DNA of 64,000 nt from Candidatus Planktophila sp. GTDB taxonomy: Bacteria > Actinomycetota > Actinomycetes > Nanopelagicales > Nanopelagicaceae. Each line of letters starts with the position of its first letter. Within the stretch, counting starts at the first letter, position 1. The stretch covers positions 6,070 to 70,069 of the forward strand of contig JBBAMY010000004.1 in the NCBI GenBank assembly GCA_040402235.1, read 5' to 3'. This document shows positions 54,421-64,000 of the stretch, one piece after another. The translations under genes were made by a program, and so were the position numbers. The notes beneath the pieces were generated by a model. That model did no database searches. It had not been told where the DNA came from and saw nothing but the letters and a program-made list of their open reading frames with translations.

Positions 54421-56265
54421 TTAAAGGCCCCCGAGGGCCAAATCATGCAGATTTCTACGGGCGTTTTCTAGGGCAACTAATTGCGCAAAAGCTGCGTTGT
54501 ATTCAATTTCATTTTCTACGGGATTGAGTCGTTGGAGTGATGATTTGAGTTCTGCAATGGAGCGAGATATCGCAACCTCACGCAAGCGGGCAACGATGCT
54601 CTCAACATAGGTAGCGGTTGGTTTTCCGTCGGCGTGAATGGGTTCAACTGTTAATTCAGTAAACAAAGTTTTGATTCGCTCATCACTGATGGTTTCTGCG
54701 GAAAGTGCAGGAACTTCATCAATGGTCTTACGCAGTTCTTTATATGCAGGATGCGTAAAGGCACCTGGTTCAATATCACTCCACAAAGTTCCAGTAAACA
54801 GCGCAGCCTCTTGCAATCTGGCCTTTAGTACTTCGCGCTCTAAAATCAAACGTGCTTCATTGGGATCAGGTCGCCAATTACTATTTTCTTGCGTTGTTGG
54901 CTCAATAGTTTCGCTAACTTTAGGTTGACTCTTCACACCTTGGGCAACAACCTTTGAAACAATTTCAACTTCTGTCCCTAGCCATCCAGCGAGTGAACGA
55001 GTGTATTCAGGGCGAAGTGATTTATCACGAATCTGTGCAACAAGAGGTGCTGCAGCATTAAGTGCATTCACACGCCCTTCTGCGCTATCTAATTTGTGAT
55101 GTGCAAGTTCGGCTCTGATTGCAAATTCAAAGAGTGGAACTCTACGAGCGATGAGATCACGTAGCGCTAAATCACCCTTTTGTTGGCGTAGCTCGCATGG
55201 ATCTAATCCATCTGGTTCAACTGCCACAAATGTTTGGGTCACAAACTTTTGATCCTCACTAAATGCACGAAGGGCAGCTTTTTGGCCGGCAGCATCACCA
55301 TCGAATGTAAAGATCACTTCACCTCTAAATGAATCATCATCCATCAGTAATCGGCGCAAAATACGGATGTGGTCAGCGCCAAAGGCTGTGCCACAGGTTG
55401 CAACTGCAGTTGTGATTCCAGCTAATTGAGCGGCCATGACATCGGTATATCCCTCAACTATGACGGCCTGGCGCTTCTTCGCAATCTCTTTTTTAGCAGC
55501 ATCTAAACCATAGAGAACTTGGCTCTTTTTATAAACGGGAGTTTCTGGGGTATTGAGATATTTAGGGCCCTGGTCCTCTTCATCACTTGCAAGTTTTCGA
55601 CAACCAAAACCAACAACATCTCCAGAGATATCTTTAATTGGCCAGGTTAGGCGATTGCGGAATCTATCGATGGGCCCACGCTGTCCCATCTTTGAAAGAC
55701 CAGCTGTTTCGAGTTCATCGATGCTGTAACCCTGTGCGCGTAAGTGCTTAGTCAATGCATCCCACTCATCCGGTGCATATCCCACACCAAATTTCATACA
55801 TGCATCTTTATCAAAACCGCGCTTGGTTAGTAAATCTCTGCCATGGGCGGCATCAGGAGAAGTATTGAGTTGTTCTTGATAAAAACGTGCAGCCTCTGTG
55901 TTTGCTGCAATCAGACGTGAGCGAGCACCAGCTGAAAATGTTGGCGCGGATGAAGCACCTTCGTCATAGCGCAATGTGTAACCCATGCGATCTGCTAGGC
56001 GCTCAATAGTTTCAGTAAAAGTAAGATGATCAATCTTCATTAAGAACGCGATGACATCTCCGCCAGTTTGGCAACCAAAGCAGTGGAAATAACCTTTGCT
56101 CGGTGTTACGTGAAATGAGGGAGATTTTTCATCATGAAAAGGACACAGGCCTTTCTTTTGTCCTCCGCCAGCACTTTTTAACTGAACGTACTCCCCTACA
56201 ATTTCATCAATAGGTGCACGGTCGCGGATGTATGCAACATCTTCATCCCGAATGCGACCGCTCAT
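54421..56265 (-). CDS. dnaG: DNA primase
   Basis: CPFH...CFGC zinc finger, KYLNTPET, VEGYTDV, FDGDAAG Toprim. Confidence 0.97.
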   Translation of the reverse strand: MSGRIRDEDVAYIRDRAPIDEIVGEYVQLKSAGGGQKKGLCPFHDEKSPSFHVTPSKGYFHCFGCQTGGDVIAFLMKIDHLTFTETIERLADRMGYTLRYDEGASSAPTFSAGARSRLIAANTEAARFYQEQLNTSPDAAHGRDLLTKRGFDKDACMKFGVGYAPDEWDALTKHLRAQGYSIDELETAGLSKMGQRGPIDRFRNRLTWPIKDISGDVVGFGCRKLASDEEDQGPKYLNTPETPVYKKSQVLYGLDAAKKEIAKKRQAVIVEGYTDVMAAQLAGITTAVATCGTAFGADHIRILRRLLMDDDSFRGEVIFTFDGDAAGQKAALRAFSEDQKFVTQTFVAVEPDGLDPCELRQQKGDLALRDLIARRVPLFEFAIRAELAHHKLDSAEGRVNALNAAAPLVAQIRDKSLRPEYTRSLAGWLGTEVEIVSKVVAQGVKSQPKVSETIEPTTQENSNWRPDPNEARLILEREVLKARLQEAALFTGTLWSDIEPGAFTHPAYKELRKTIDEVPALSAETISDERIKTLFTELTVEPIHADGKPTATYVESIVARLREVAISRSIAELKSSLQRLNPVENEIEYNAAFAQLVALENARRNLHDLALGGL

Positions 56266-56274
56266 AGGTTCATC

Positions 56275-57492
56275 TTAATGAGAAGCTAACAAACGGGCGT
56301 GGAGGGCATATGCGCCAGGGTCAGTTAGGGCTGCTACTTGATCGATAATTACGCGCATACGAGCCTTTTCATCGCTGGCTTCATTCCAGCTTTTAAGGAA
56401 AAAGGAATCCAACTCCTGTGGTGCACGAGCGCGTAGCATTTCAACGAGTTGGCTGATGATTACTTGCTGTTTAGCATAACGATCTTGTGAGTGCGCAGCA
56501 TTGATTAAGTAATGCCCTGCAATAGCCTTTAAGAAATCTACTTCAACAATCTGCTCACGTGGGATTTCAAGATCTGCGCTATAGCGAGAAAGTGGACCAT
56601 CGCCATGAACTTTGCGGGTTTCTATCTCTGCAGCTAAAACAAAGCGACCAATGAGCTGACTTGTTGAATCCTTCAGGCGTGCAAGTGATCGAAGTGTTCC
56701 ATCATAATAATGTGGCCAAGCAGATAGTGCAGACAAGCGCTTATGGGCATCTACTGCTTCTTGTTGGCTTGCATTGCTGCCATAGTCATGAACCATCACG
56801 GCATATAATTCCTCAAAGTCAGTTTCAAAGTTCTTTACTGAAATTTGATTAGCAAAAATTGCATCTTCTAAATCATGTACGGAATAGGCGCAATCATCTG
56901 ACCAATCCATAATCTGGGCTTCAATACATTTCTTATGAATTGGAGCACTTTTGCGCATCCAATCGAAAACTGCAACATCATCATCATAAACACCAAACTT
57001 GCGCAGATTGTGCGAACGTGGCCATGGATACTTCGTAGCCCCATCAAGTGATGCTCTCGTTAAATTAAGTCCCATACTTTTTCCATCACTATCAACTGTT
57101 TTTGCCTCAAGGCGCACCAACAAACGAAAACTTTGGGCATTTCCCTCAAATCCACCAAAGTCAGAGGCAATGGTTGCTAACGCTTCCTCACCGTTGTGAC
57201 CAAAAGGTGGATGTCCTAAATCATGGGCAAGACAAGCTGTGTCTTGTAGATCTGGATCAGCTCCTAGTGATTCACCGAGTTCGCGACCAATCTGTGCGCA
57301 CTCTAGAGAGTGAGATAAACGTGTGCGTTGGAAATCATTTTCCCAAGGAACTGCCACTTGCGTCTTTGCAGCTAATCGACGAAGTGCAGCTGAATGAATA
57401 ACTCGTGCACGATCGCGCATGAACTCTGTTCGTCCAGCACGCTTTGCTGGTTCATCAAGAAATCGCTCCTGATCATGCTGGCTATAGCTCAC
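56275..57492 (-). CDS. dgt: dGTP triphosphohydrolase
   Basis: KTQV, RTRLSHSLE, AHDLGHPPFGHNGE, FEGNAQ. Confidence 0.95.
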   Translation of the reverse strand: MSYSQHDQERFLDEPAKRAGRTEFMRDRARVIHSAALRRLAAKTQVAVPWENDFQRTRLSHSLECAQIGRELGESLGADPDLQDTACLAHDLGHPPFGHNGEEALATIASDFGGFEGNAQSFRLLVRLEAKTVDSDGKSMGLNLTRASLDGATKYPWPRSHNLRKFGVYDDDVAVFDWMRKSAPIHKKCIEAQIMDWSDDCAYSVHDLEDAIFANQISVKNFETDFEELYAVMVHDYGSNASQQEAVDAHKRLSALSAWPHYYDGTLRSLARLKDSTSQLIGRFVLAAEIETRKVHGDGPLSRYSADLEIPREQIVEVDFLKAIAGHYLINAAHSQDRYAKQQVIISQLVEMLRARAPQELDSFFLKSWNEASDEKARMRVIIDQVAALTDPGAYALHARLLASH

Positions 57493-58142
57493 GGCATAAC
57501 CTTAGTGAGGATGTCAGCACCGGGTAAATGATCACTGACTTTAATTCCTCGCCGGCCCACAGTTATATGAACCAAATACGCCCCAGCTTCTCGCAGTAAA
57601 TACTTATAACTTGAGGCAGAAATCGTATTGGGGCCACTTTGAACTGGTGAACAAGTACTGACTACTCCTTGATCATTTGCCATAGTCATTGCACGTTTGC
57701 AGTGATAGGGATCGGTAACAATGATGACATCACTGACATATCGTTTCTTCATGACTGCTGTATACGCCTTAGTGCTCGATAAAGTATCTCTACCTTCTTC
57801 AATTGCAGTTATTTTCTTCGATGGTATGCCATGTGTGCGAAGCCAGTATTTTCCTGAAGCTGCCTCTGTTGTGCGATCTCCTGGTGCACCTGCTCCTACA
57901 GTAATAATTGTTGGCGCAAACCCTAAATCAAATATTCTTTTTGCTTCAATCAAGCGTGCCTCTAGCGCTTCTCCAGGTTTACCATTTAACTGCGCAGTTC
58001 CTAAAACAACAATGACATCAGCGTTTCGCACAATTGGATTCTTTGCCGCACGCCACACTTGAGAAACGGCATAGCCAGGTGCAATCAAAGCTATAACGAC
58101 AATGATTGTGATCGTACGACGAATCCATCTAAAGAGAAACAT
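57489..58142 (-). CDS. YdcF/DUF218 family protein
   Basis: N-terminal TM, DVIVVLG, TEA, VTDPYHCKRA, LRE. Confidence 0.85.
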   Translation of the reverse strand: MFLFRWIRRTITIIVVIALIAPGYAVSQVWRAAKNPIVRNADVIVVLGTAQLNGKPGEALEARLIEAKRIFDLGFAPTIITVGAGAPGDRTTEAASGKYWLRTHGIPSKKITAIEEGRDTLSSTKAYTAVMKKRYVSDVIIVTDPYHCKRAMTMANDQGVVSTCSPVQSGPNTISASSYKYLLREAGAYLVHITVGRRGIKVSDHLPGADILTKVMP

Positions 58143-59309
58143 TTAACCGCCCGAAAATGCATCCTCTAGTTCAACATGAACTAGTTCATCAGGATCATCT
58201 AGCCAACCATCAGGCAGAGTTGGTGGACGGCCATGACTTGTGCGCCCACGTGGTTTATCACCCACTTCAACTGGATATGGTTGATCCTCTAATTGATCTA
58301 GCAGTGCGCGCATTTCCTCTAATGAAGAAACCATTCCTAAATCATGGCGAATTTCGCGGGCAACTCTAAAGCCCTTTAAGTACCAGGCCATGTGCTTTCG
58401 CATATCGCGCATTCCACGATCTTGCGACTCTAAATACTCAACGATCAAATTCGCATGTCTAAACATCACTTCACGTACTTGGTGAAGGTTAGGAAGACTT
58501 TCTTTTTTCCCACCTTCAAGTGCGCTCACTAAATCTGTAAATAGCCATGGTCTTCCTAGGCAACCACGACCAACAACCACACCGGCGCATCCAGTCTGCT
58601 TCACCATTTGCACCGCATCATTACCTGACCAGATATCGCCATTGCCTAAAACCGGTACTCCACTTGGCTTTAAATGCTCAACTAACTGTGCAATTGCAGA
58701 CCAATCTGCTTTTCCTTCATACATCTGCGCTGCGGTGCGAGCATGCAGTGCAACCCAGGCAACACCTAAATCTGCGGCAGATTGGGCGGCTTCTAAATAC
58801 GTGTGGTGATCAGAATCAATGCCAATGCGCATCTTCACAGTTACTGGAATCCCAAACGGTTTTGCCGCTTCAACTGCAGCTTGAACAATATTTGAAAATA
58901 GTTTGCGCTTGTAGGGAAGGGCTGCTCCCCCACCTTTTCGCGTAACTTTTGGAACTGGGCAGCCAAAGTTCATATCAATGTGATCAGCTAAGTTTTCTTT
59001 ACCCAGCATTGTTACTGCAGCCCGCATCGTTGTTGGGTCAACGCTATAGAGCTGGACAGATCGAGGCCATTCATCTTTACCCGGAACAATCATGCGCATT
59101 GTTTCTGGGCGACGTTCAATTAAGGCCCGCGCTGTGACCATCTCAGATACGAAAAGACCAGCACCTTGCTCACGACAAAGTGTGCGAAAAGGTGCATTAG
59201 TTATTCCTGCCATTGGAGCTAGCACAACGGGTGGATCAATTAAATGATCACCACTTGCTAGTGGCAGAAGGAGAGGTTTTAGCAGCCTAGTAATCGCGGT
59301 GCCAACCAA
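58143..59309 (-). CDS. dusB: tRNA-dihydrouridine synthase B (start uncertain, overlaps glyQS end)
   Basis: [27 protein letters not shown]. Confidence 0.93.
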   Translation of the reverse strand: MVGTAITRLLKPLLLPLASGDHLIDPPVVLAPMAGITNAPFRTLCREQGAGLFVSEMVTARALIERRPETMRMIVPGKDEWPRSVQLYSVDPTTMRAAVTMLGKENLADHIDMNFGCPVPKVTRKGGGAALPYKRKLFSNIVQAAVEAAKPFGIPVTVKMRIGIDSDHHTYLEAAQSAADLGVAWVALHARTAAQMYEGKADWSAIAQLVEHLKPSGVPVLGNGDIWSGNDAVQMVKQTGCAGVVVGRGCLGRPWLFTDLVSALEGGKKESLPNLHQVREVMFRHANLIVEYLESQDRGMRDMRKHMAWYLKGFRVAREIRHDLGMVSSLEEMRALLDQLEDQPYPVEVGDKPRGRTSHGRPPTLPDGWLDDPDELVHVELEDAFSGG

Positions 59310-60658
59310 GCTTCAACCTGATCAAGGGCGATACGTTCTTGCGCCATTGTGTCGCGATCGCGAATTGTTACTGCATGATCCTCTAAAGTCTCAAAGTCAA
59401 TAGTGATGCAGTAAGGAGTACCGATTTCATCTTGACGACGATAACGACGACCAATAGCACCAGAGTCATCAAAATCAATTGCCCAGTTCTTACGAAGCTG
59501 CGCAGCTAAATCTCTGGCCTTGGGAGATAAATCAGCGTTACGTGAAAGTGGAAGAACTGCAACCTTGATTGGTGCTAAGCGATAATCTAGTTTTAACACC
59601 GCACGCTTTTCCATTTCGCCCTTGCTATTTGGTGCTTCATCTTCACTAAATGCATCCATTAAAAACGTTAATGTGCATCGATCAACACCAGCTGCAGGCT
59701 CAATCACATAAGGAGTCCAGCGTTCTCCCTTTTCTTGATCGAAGTAGGACAAGTCTTTTCCAGATGCCGCTGAGTGAGCTTTGAGATCAAAATCTGTGCG
59801 ATTCGCAATACCTTCTAGCTCGCCCCACTCAGTTCCGGCAAACTCAAACTTGTATTCAATATCTGCTGTGCGCTTTGAGTAGTGCGACAACTTCTCTTTG
59901 GGATGATCATAAACTCGCAAACGGTCAGGATTAATTCCAAGACCGGTATACCAAGCCATGCGAGTATCAATCCAGTATTGGTGCCACTCTTCATCAGTTC
60001 CTGGAACTACGAAAAACTCCATCTCCATCTGCTCAAACTCACGGGTGCGGAAGATAAAGTTTCCTGGAGTGATTTCATTACGGAAAGATTTACCAATCTG
60101 GCCAATACCAAAGGGTGGCTTTTTGCGAGATGTGGTCATTACCTGATCAAAGTTAATAAAGATTCCCTGCGCAGTTTCAGGACGCAAAAACGCTAGCCCT
60201 GATTCATCTTCAACTGGTCCAAGGTATGTCTTGAGCATTCCGCTAAATTGTTTAGGTTCAGTGAACTGACCTTTATTGCCACATGCTGGGCAGTTAATAT
60301 CGGCAAGAGATGCCGGAGCTTTCTTATGTTTTGCTTCATATGCCTCTTCTAGGTGATCAGCGCGATAGCGCTTGTGGCATGCGGTGCACTCTGTGAGTGG
60401 ATCACTAAAAGTTGCAACGTGTCCGGATGCTTCCCAGACTTCCTTTGCCAAAATCACACATGAGTCAAGACCGACAACATCTTCGCGGCCTGTGACCATG
60501 GATTTCCACCACTGGCGCTTAACGTTATTTTTTAGCTCAACACCTAAAGGGCCGTAGTCCCACGATGCTCGGAGTCCGCCATAAATTTCAGAGGATGGGA
60601 AAACAAATCCTCGACGCTTTGATAATCCAACGATATTTTCTAAACGATCCGTTGCCAC
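59279..60658 (-). CDS. glyQS: Glycyl-tRNA synthetase (alpha2 type)
   Basis: [33 protein letters not shown]. Confidence 0.97.
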   Translation of the reverse strand: MATDRLENIVGLSKRRGFVFPSSEIYGGLRASWDYGPLGVELKNNVKRQWWKSMVTGREDVVGLDSCVILAKEVWEASGHVATFSDPLTECTACHKRYRADHLEEAYEAKHKKAPASLADINCPACGNKGQFTEPKQFSGMLKTYLGPVEDESGLAFLRPETAQGIFINFDQVMTTSRKKPPFGIGQIGKSFRNEITPGNFIFRTREFEQMEMEFFVVPGTDEEWHQYWIDTRMAWYTGLGINPDRLRVYDHPKEKLSHYSKRTADIEYKFEFAGTEWGELEGIANRTDFDLKAHSAASGKDLSYFDQEKGERWTPYVIEPAAGVDRCTLTFLMDAFSEDEAPNSKGEMEKRAVLKLDYRLAPIKVAVLPLSRNADLSPKARDLAAQLRKNWAIDFDDSGAIGRRYRRQDEIGTPYCITIDFETLEDHAVTIRDRDTMAQERIALDQVEAWLAPRLLGC

Positions 60659-60720
60659 AATATTCTCCGTCCGGCTGGCTGTCGGCGAAAAGCAACTGGT
60701 GTTACTTCCGTGCCTTAATT

Positions 60721-61005
60721 TTACTCTGAGTACGGCCTTTCATATGCACCGGGCTCGTCAATTGCCTGTGCAAGAAGTGGGATCGCATTCATCTTTACGT
60801 CGTTATTGCTCAACGCTCTTCGATATGAGCCCACATTTTCCCAATGGGTCACGAGTGTCCACAGTGAGCTCTCATCTAGGTTCTGGCCAATCTCACCTTT
60901 GATGAAGCCGGCGCATTGCCCTAATGCTTTTAAGGCAACAGAGAGTTCTGCCTCAAAGTGGGCGGCATCGCCTAGGGCAACGTTAAATCTGGCGATTGCG
61001 AGCAT
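60721..61005 (-). CDS. Antibiotic biosynthesis monooxygenase (ABM) family protein
   Basis: 94 aa, [18 protein letters not shown]; TAGGCT 6 nt before ATG. Confidence 0.75.
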   Translation of the reverse strand: MLAIARFNVALGDAAHFEAELSVALKALGQCAGFIKGEIGQNLDESSLWTLVTHWENVGSYRRALSNNDVKMNAIPLLAQAIDEPGAYERPYSE

Positions 61006-61043
61006 GTGGTGAGCCTATAGGGCAGGGCCATAGTGGGTGTGGG

Positions 61044-61062
61044 AATGAAAATCATTTTCATT
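61044..61062. promoter_or_regulatory. Zur/Fur-family operator
   Basis: Perfect 9-1-9 inverted repeat AATGAAAAT-C-ATTTTCATT just upstream of TATGTT -10 of the ZIP-zur operon. Confidence 0.85.
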
Positions 61063-61079
61063 TCTGCTATGTTCCTGCC

Positions 61080-61826
61080 ATGAATATCGCAATTGGATTG
61101 GCTGCAATTACCGTGCTCGCTACCACCGCTGGTGGAGCTCTCGCTCTCCGTTCAAGAGATCGCTTGCACTTGGTGCTTGGCCTCTCAGCCGGACTCCTTT
61201 TGGGTCTAGTCGCCTTTGACTTAATCCCAGAAGTTTTTGAACTTAACACAGACACTTTTGGCAACGTGCCCGTTGTTGCAATTGCCATGGTCGTTGGATT
61301 CTTATTGCTCCACTTTAGCGAGCAACTCTTTGGATCTCACGAGCCTGCAGAATCTGATTACGGGCATGAGCACAAACACAGTGCAAACATTGCCGGCACC
61401 CTTGGAGCAGTTGCCATGGGAGGCCATGTTTTTCTAGATGGTGTTGCTCTTGGTCTGGCATTTAAAGTTGATAACGCACTTGGTTTTGCCGTATTTATTG
61501 CAATTCTTTCTCATGCATTTTCCGATGGCCTAAACACAGTTTCCCTATTAATTAAGACTGGAAATTGGACTAAGCGCGGAATCGCCCTTCTAGGAGTTGA
61601 TGCAGCAATGCGCATTGGTGGTGCAGCTCTTGCATCGTATGTGACTATGAGTGAATCATCGTTAGCTATCTACCTAGCAGTGTTTTCAGGTTTTGTGATT
61701 TATCTTTCGACCTCACATATTCTCCCTGAAGCGCATGCTCGCCATGCTTCCAAATTAACAATGGCGGCAACTGTCGTAGGTGTTGTTGCAATGTGGCTCA
61801 TTGTCGGAAACATTGGCATCAAGTAA
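61080..61826 (+). CDS. ZIP family zinc transporter
   Basis: DLIPE, His-rich loop HEHKH, HVFLDG, HAFSDG, HILPEAH; start moved to ATG 61080. Confidence 0.92.
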   Translation: MNIAIGLAAITVLATTAGGALALRSRDRLHLVLGLSAGLLLGLVAFDLIPEVFELNTDTFGNVPVVAIAMVVGFLLLHFSEQLFGSHEPAESDYGHEHKHSANIAGTLGAVAMGGHVFLDGVALGLAFKVDNALGFAVFIAILSHAFSDGLNTVSLLIKTGNWTKRGIALLGVDAAMRIGGAALASYVTMSESSLAIYLAVFSGFVIYLSTSHILPEAHARHASKLTMAATVVGVVAMWLIVGNIGIK

Positions 61827-61833
61827 TACATTT

Positions 61834-62199
61834 ATGAGTCGTTCAAATCCACGAGTATTGGCCACTCTCGAGCGTGCGGGCGGATTCGCAAGTGCGCAAG
61901 AGGTTTACCAATTAATGCAACGCGAAGGCGAGAGCATCGGTTTGACTACCGTCTATCGTGCACTGCAATCCCTATTGAGTGACAAGATTGTCGATGTCTT
62001 GCGGCGAGATGATGGTGAGGCAATCTATCGCCTGTGCGGTGATACTCATCATCATCACTTAGTGTGCAAAAGCTGTGGTGACACCGTTGAAATCGAGGGC
62101 GGAGCAATTGAAAAATGGGCCAAGACTATGGCTGAAGAGTTTGGATTCCGCGAGGTTGGACACACAGCCGAGATCTTCGGAATCTGTTCAAAGTGTTAA
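61834..62199 (+). CDS. zur: Zinc uptake regulator (Fur family)
   Basis: GLTTVYRAL, HHHHLVCKSCG, C-terminal CSKC; start moved to ATG 61834. Confidence 0.88.
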   Translation: MSRSNPRVLATLERAGGFASAQEVYQLMQREGESIGLTTVYRALQSLLSDKIVDVLRRDDGEAIYRLCGDTHHHHLVCKSCGDTVEIEGGAIEKWAKTMAEEFGFREVGHTAEIFGICSKC

Positions 62200-62202
62200 A
62201 TC

Positions 62203-62388
62203 ATGGGCGACTACAGAGGTATTCCAACATGTGCATGCCCTGCGTGCGGCTCACATCTATTGGAGATCACGGCATCATTTAGCCCAGATACCTACGAAAT
62301 TGAGATGTATTTACTAGATAACGCTCGCTGCGCAATGTGTCAGGCACACATAACCGCGCCAACACCCGTCGATCACCCTGCTGCTTAA
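62203..62388 (+). CDS. Small Cys-rich zinc-ribbon protein (61 aa)
   Basis: CACPACG...CAMC; starts 3 nt after the zur stop. Confidence 0.75.
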   Translation: MGDYRGIPTCACPACGSHLLEITASFSPDTYEIEMYLLDNARCAMCQAHITAPTPVDHPAA

Positions 62389-63089
62389 GCCTTACCAAAC
62401 CTACGATCACGCAGTGAATACTCCTCAATCGCTTTCCACAAAGTCTTGCGTGTTACATCTGGCCACAACACATCCATAAAAACTAGCTCGGCATACACAC
62501 TTTGCCACGGCAAGAAATTGCTGGTGCGCTGCTCACCTGATGAGCGCAAAAACAGGTCCACGTCACTCATTTTCGGTGAATCTAAATACTTAGCAAAAAC
62601 TTTATCGGTAATTGAATCAGCCTTTACTTTGCCCCTCTTCACATCGCGCGCTAACTCAGCAGCGGCATCAACAATCTCTGCCCGTCCGCCATAGTTCACA
62701 CACATGTTTAACGTCAGAGTTTTATTCTTTGAAGTTAACTCTTCGGCCTCTTCTAACTCATTAATAACACTGCTCCATAGCCTTTTAGAACGGCCCACCC
62801 AGCGAATACGAACACCCATCTCATTCATCTGATCCCGGCGGCGCCTAATCACATCACGGTTAAATCCCATCAAGAAACGCACTTCTTCGGGAGATCTGCG
62901 CCAGTTCTCAGTTGAGAATGCATAAGCACTTAACTCTTTAACACCAAACTCAATAGCACCTTCAACAACATCAAAGAGTGCGGCTTCCCCGGCTTCATGA
63001 CCGGCTGTGCGCGGCAAACCACGTTGTTTTGCCCAGCGGCCATTGCCATCCATAACAACGGCAACGTGATTGGGAATATGAATTGTCAT
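62385..63089 (-). CDS. uppS: Undecaprenyl/decaprenyl diphosphate synthase
   Basis: [32 protein letters not shown]. Confidence 0.95.
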   Translation of the reverse strand: MTIHIPNHVAVVMDGNGRWAKQRGLPRTAGHEAGEAALFDVVEGAIEFGVKELSAYAFSTENWRRSPEEVRFLMGFNRDVIRRRRDQMNEMGVRIRWVGRSKRLWSSVINELEEAEELTSKNKTLTLNMCVNYGGRAEIVDAAAELARDVKRGKVKADSITDKVFAKYLDSPKMSDVDLFLRSSGEQRTSNFLPWQSVYAELVFMDVLWPDVTRKTLWKAIEEYSLRDRRFGKA

Positions 63090-63817
63090 ACTCGCTCCAC
63101 CATCGGCAAACTCCTTAAACCGCGCTCAAGGTGCCATTGTAAATAGGCAGCGATTAATCCACTAGCCTCTCGGCGATGTTTTCCTTCACTTGCCGTGGCA
63201 CTCTCCCAATCACTGCTAATAAGTGCGCCCATTAACTGCAAAGTCTCCATCGCAGGAGTTGCACATGCCGATGGACGACAGTCATTACACACCGACCCCC
63301 CACCCACTAATGAAAAATACCTATGTGGTCCGGGTTTTTCACAGCGGGAGCAAATAGTCATAGATGGTGCATAACCAGCAACTGCTAAAGAGCGCAACAA
63401 GAATGCATCAAGAATAAGTAGCGGATCGTATCTATTTTCTGCCAGCGCTTTCATTCCACCGACAACTAATTGAAACTCTTGCAGCGCAGGTTCTTGTTCA
63501 TTGGGTGAAAAGCGCTCAGCAGCTTCTAATATCGCTGAAGCCACTGTCCAGCGCTGATAATCCTGAGTGAGTGCTTCTCCATAATTCATCAGAGCTTCAA
63601 CTTGAGTAATAGTGTCAAAGGTTTTTCCCACATGAAGTTGTAGATCAACATGGCTGCCGGGTTCAAGTCGTGCACCGAATTTAGACATGGTGCGACGAAC
63701 ACCTTTTGCAACCCCACGGATGCGCCCATGATCTTTAGTGAGCAAGGTGATGATGCGATCGGCCTCACCGAGTTTTTGGGTGCGCAGGATGATTGCCTCA
63801 TCCCGGTACAAGCTCAT
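63086..63817 (-). CDS. recO: DNA repair protein RecO
   Basis: [15 protein letters not shown], CxxC...CxxC zinc site. Confidence 0.95.
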   Translation of the reverse strand: MSLYRDEAIILRTQKLGEADRIITLLTKDHGRIRGVAKGVRRTMSKFGARLEPGSHVDLQLHVGKTFDTITQVEALMNYGEALTQDYQRWTVASAILEAAERFSPNEQEPALQEFQLVVGGMKALAENRYDPLLILDAFLLRSLAVAGYAPSMTICSRCEKPGPHRYFSLVGGGSVCNDCRPSACATPAMETLQLMGALISSDWESATASEGKHRREASGLIAAYLQWHLERGLRSLPMVERV

Positions 63818-63839
63818 ACGGGCAAAGGTAGTGTGTGAA

Positions 63840-64000
<161 letters not shown>

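Noticed and set aside
60659-60720. Possible T-box upstream of glyQS
   Set aside because: Spacer too short and no T-box consensus seen

Overview
Gene-dense chromosomal segment with very short intergenic spacers from a streamlined actinobacterium. Gene content and compact architecture fit the freshwater acI lineage (Ca. Nanopelagicales, possibly Ca. Planktophila); this is inferred, not searched. Left third (minus strand) is housekeeping: etfBA, iscS, mnmA, ligA, nadD, rsfS, tRNA-Ala, leuS, cysK, comEA-comEC-holA, rplU-rpmA-obgE-proBA, gatCAB, ilvD, and ilvB with a leader-peptide attenuator. The middle holds two GT4 glycosyltransferases plus an SGNH hydrolase, fabD-fabH-acpP-fabF-accD, a beta-carbonic anhydrase, cspA and a retinal module (blh + crtYc/crtYd). 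A ~16 kb accessory-looking block between two inward-facing tRNAs carries katG, an orphan response regulator, a GH25 muramidase, glpD/glpK, a GH36 alpha-galactosidase, galTEK and a DoxD-Rieske fusion. The right end has dnaG, dgt, dusB, glyQS, a Zur-boxed ZIP-zur-zinc-ribbon operon, uppS, recO and the end of leuA. No CRISPR, transposase, integrase or prophage was seen. Best leads: (1) a putative alpha-galactosyl-glycerol catabolic module whose two divergent gene pairs share one bidirectional promoter core; (2) pervasive leaderless genes, three of which use the upstream stop codon as half of the -10 box; (3) a shared TACT-N4-AGTAA operator at etfB, fabD and acpP; (4) a Cys-rich mini-protein in the Zur operon; (5) a DoxD-Rieske fusion with an internal Tat motif; (6) a stand-alone DnaX-C-terminal-like protein; (7) unannotated small membrane proteins; (8) a circularly permuted housekeeping block.
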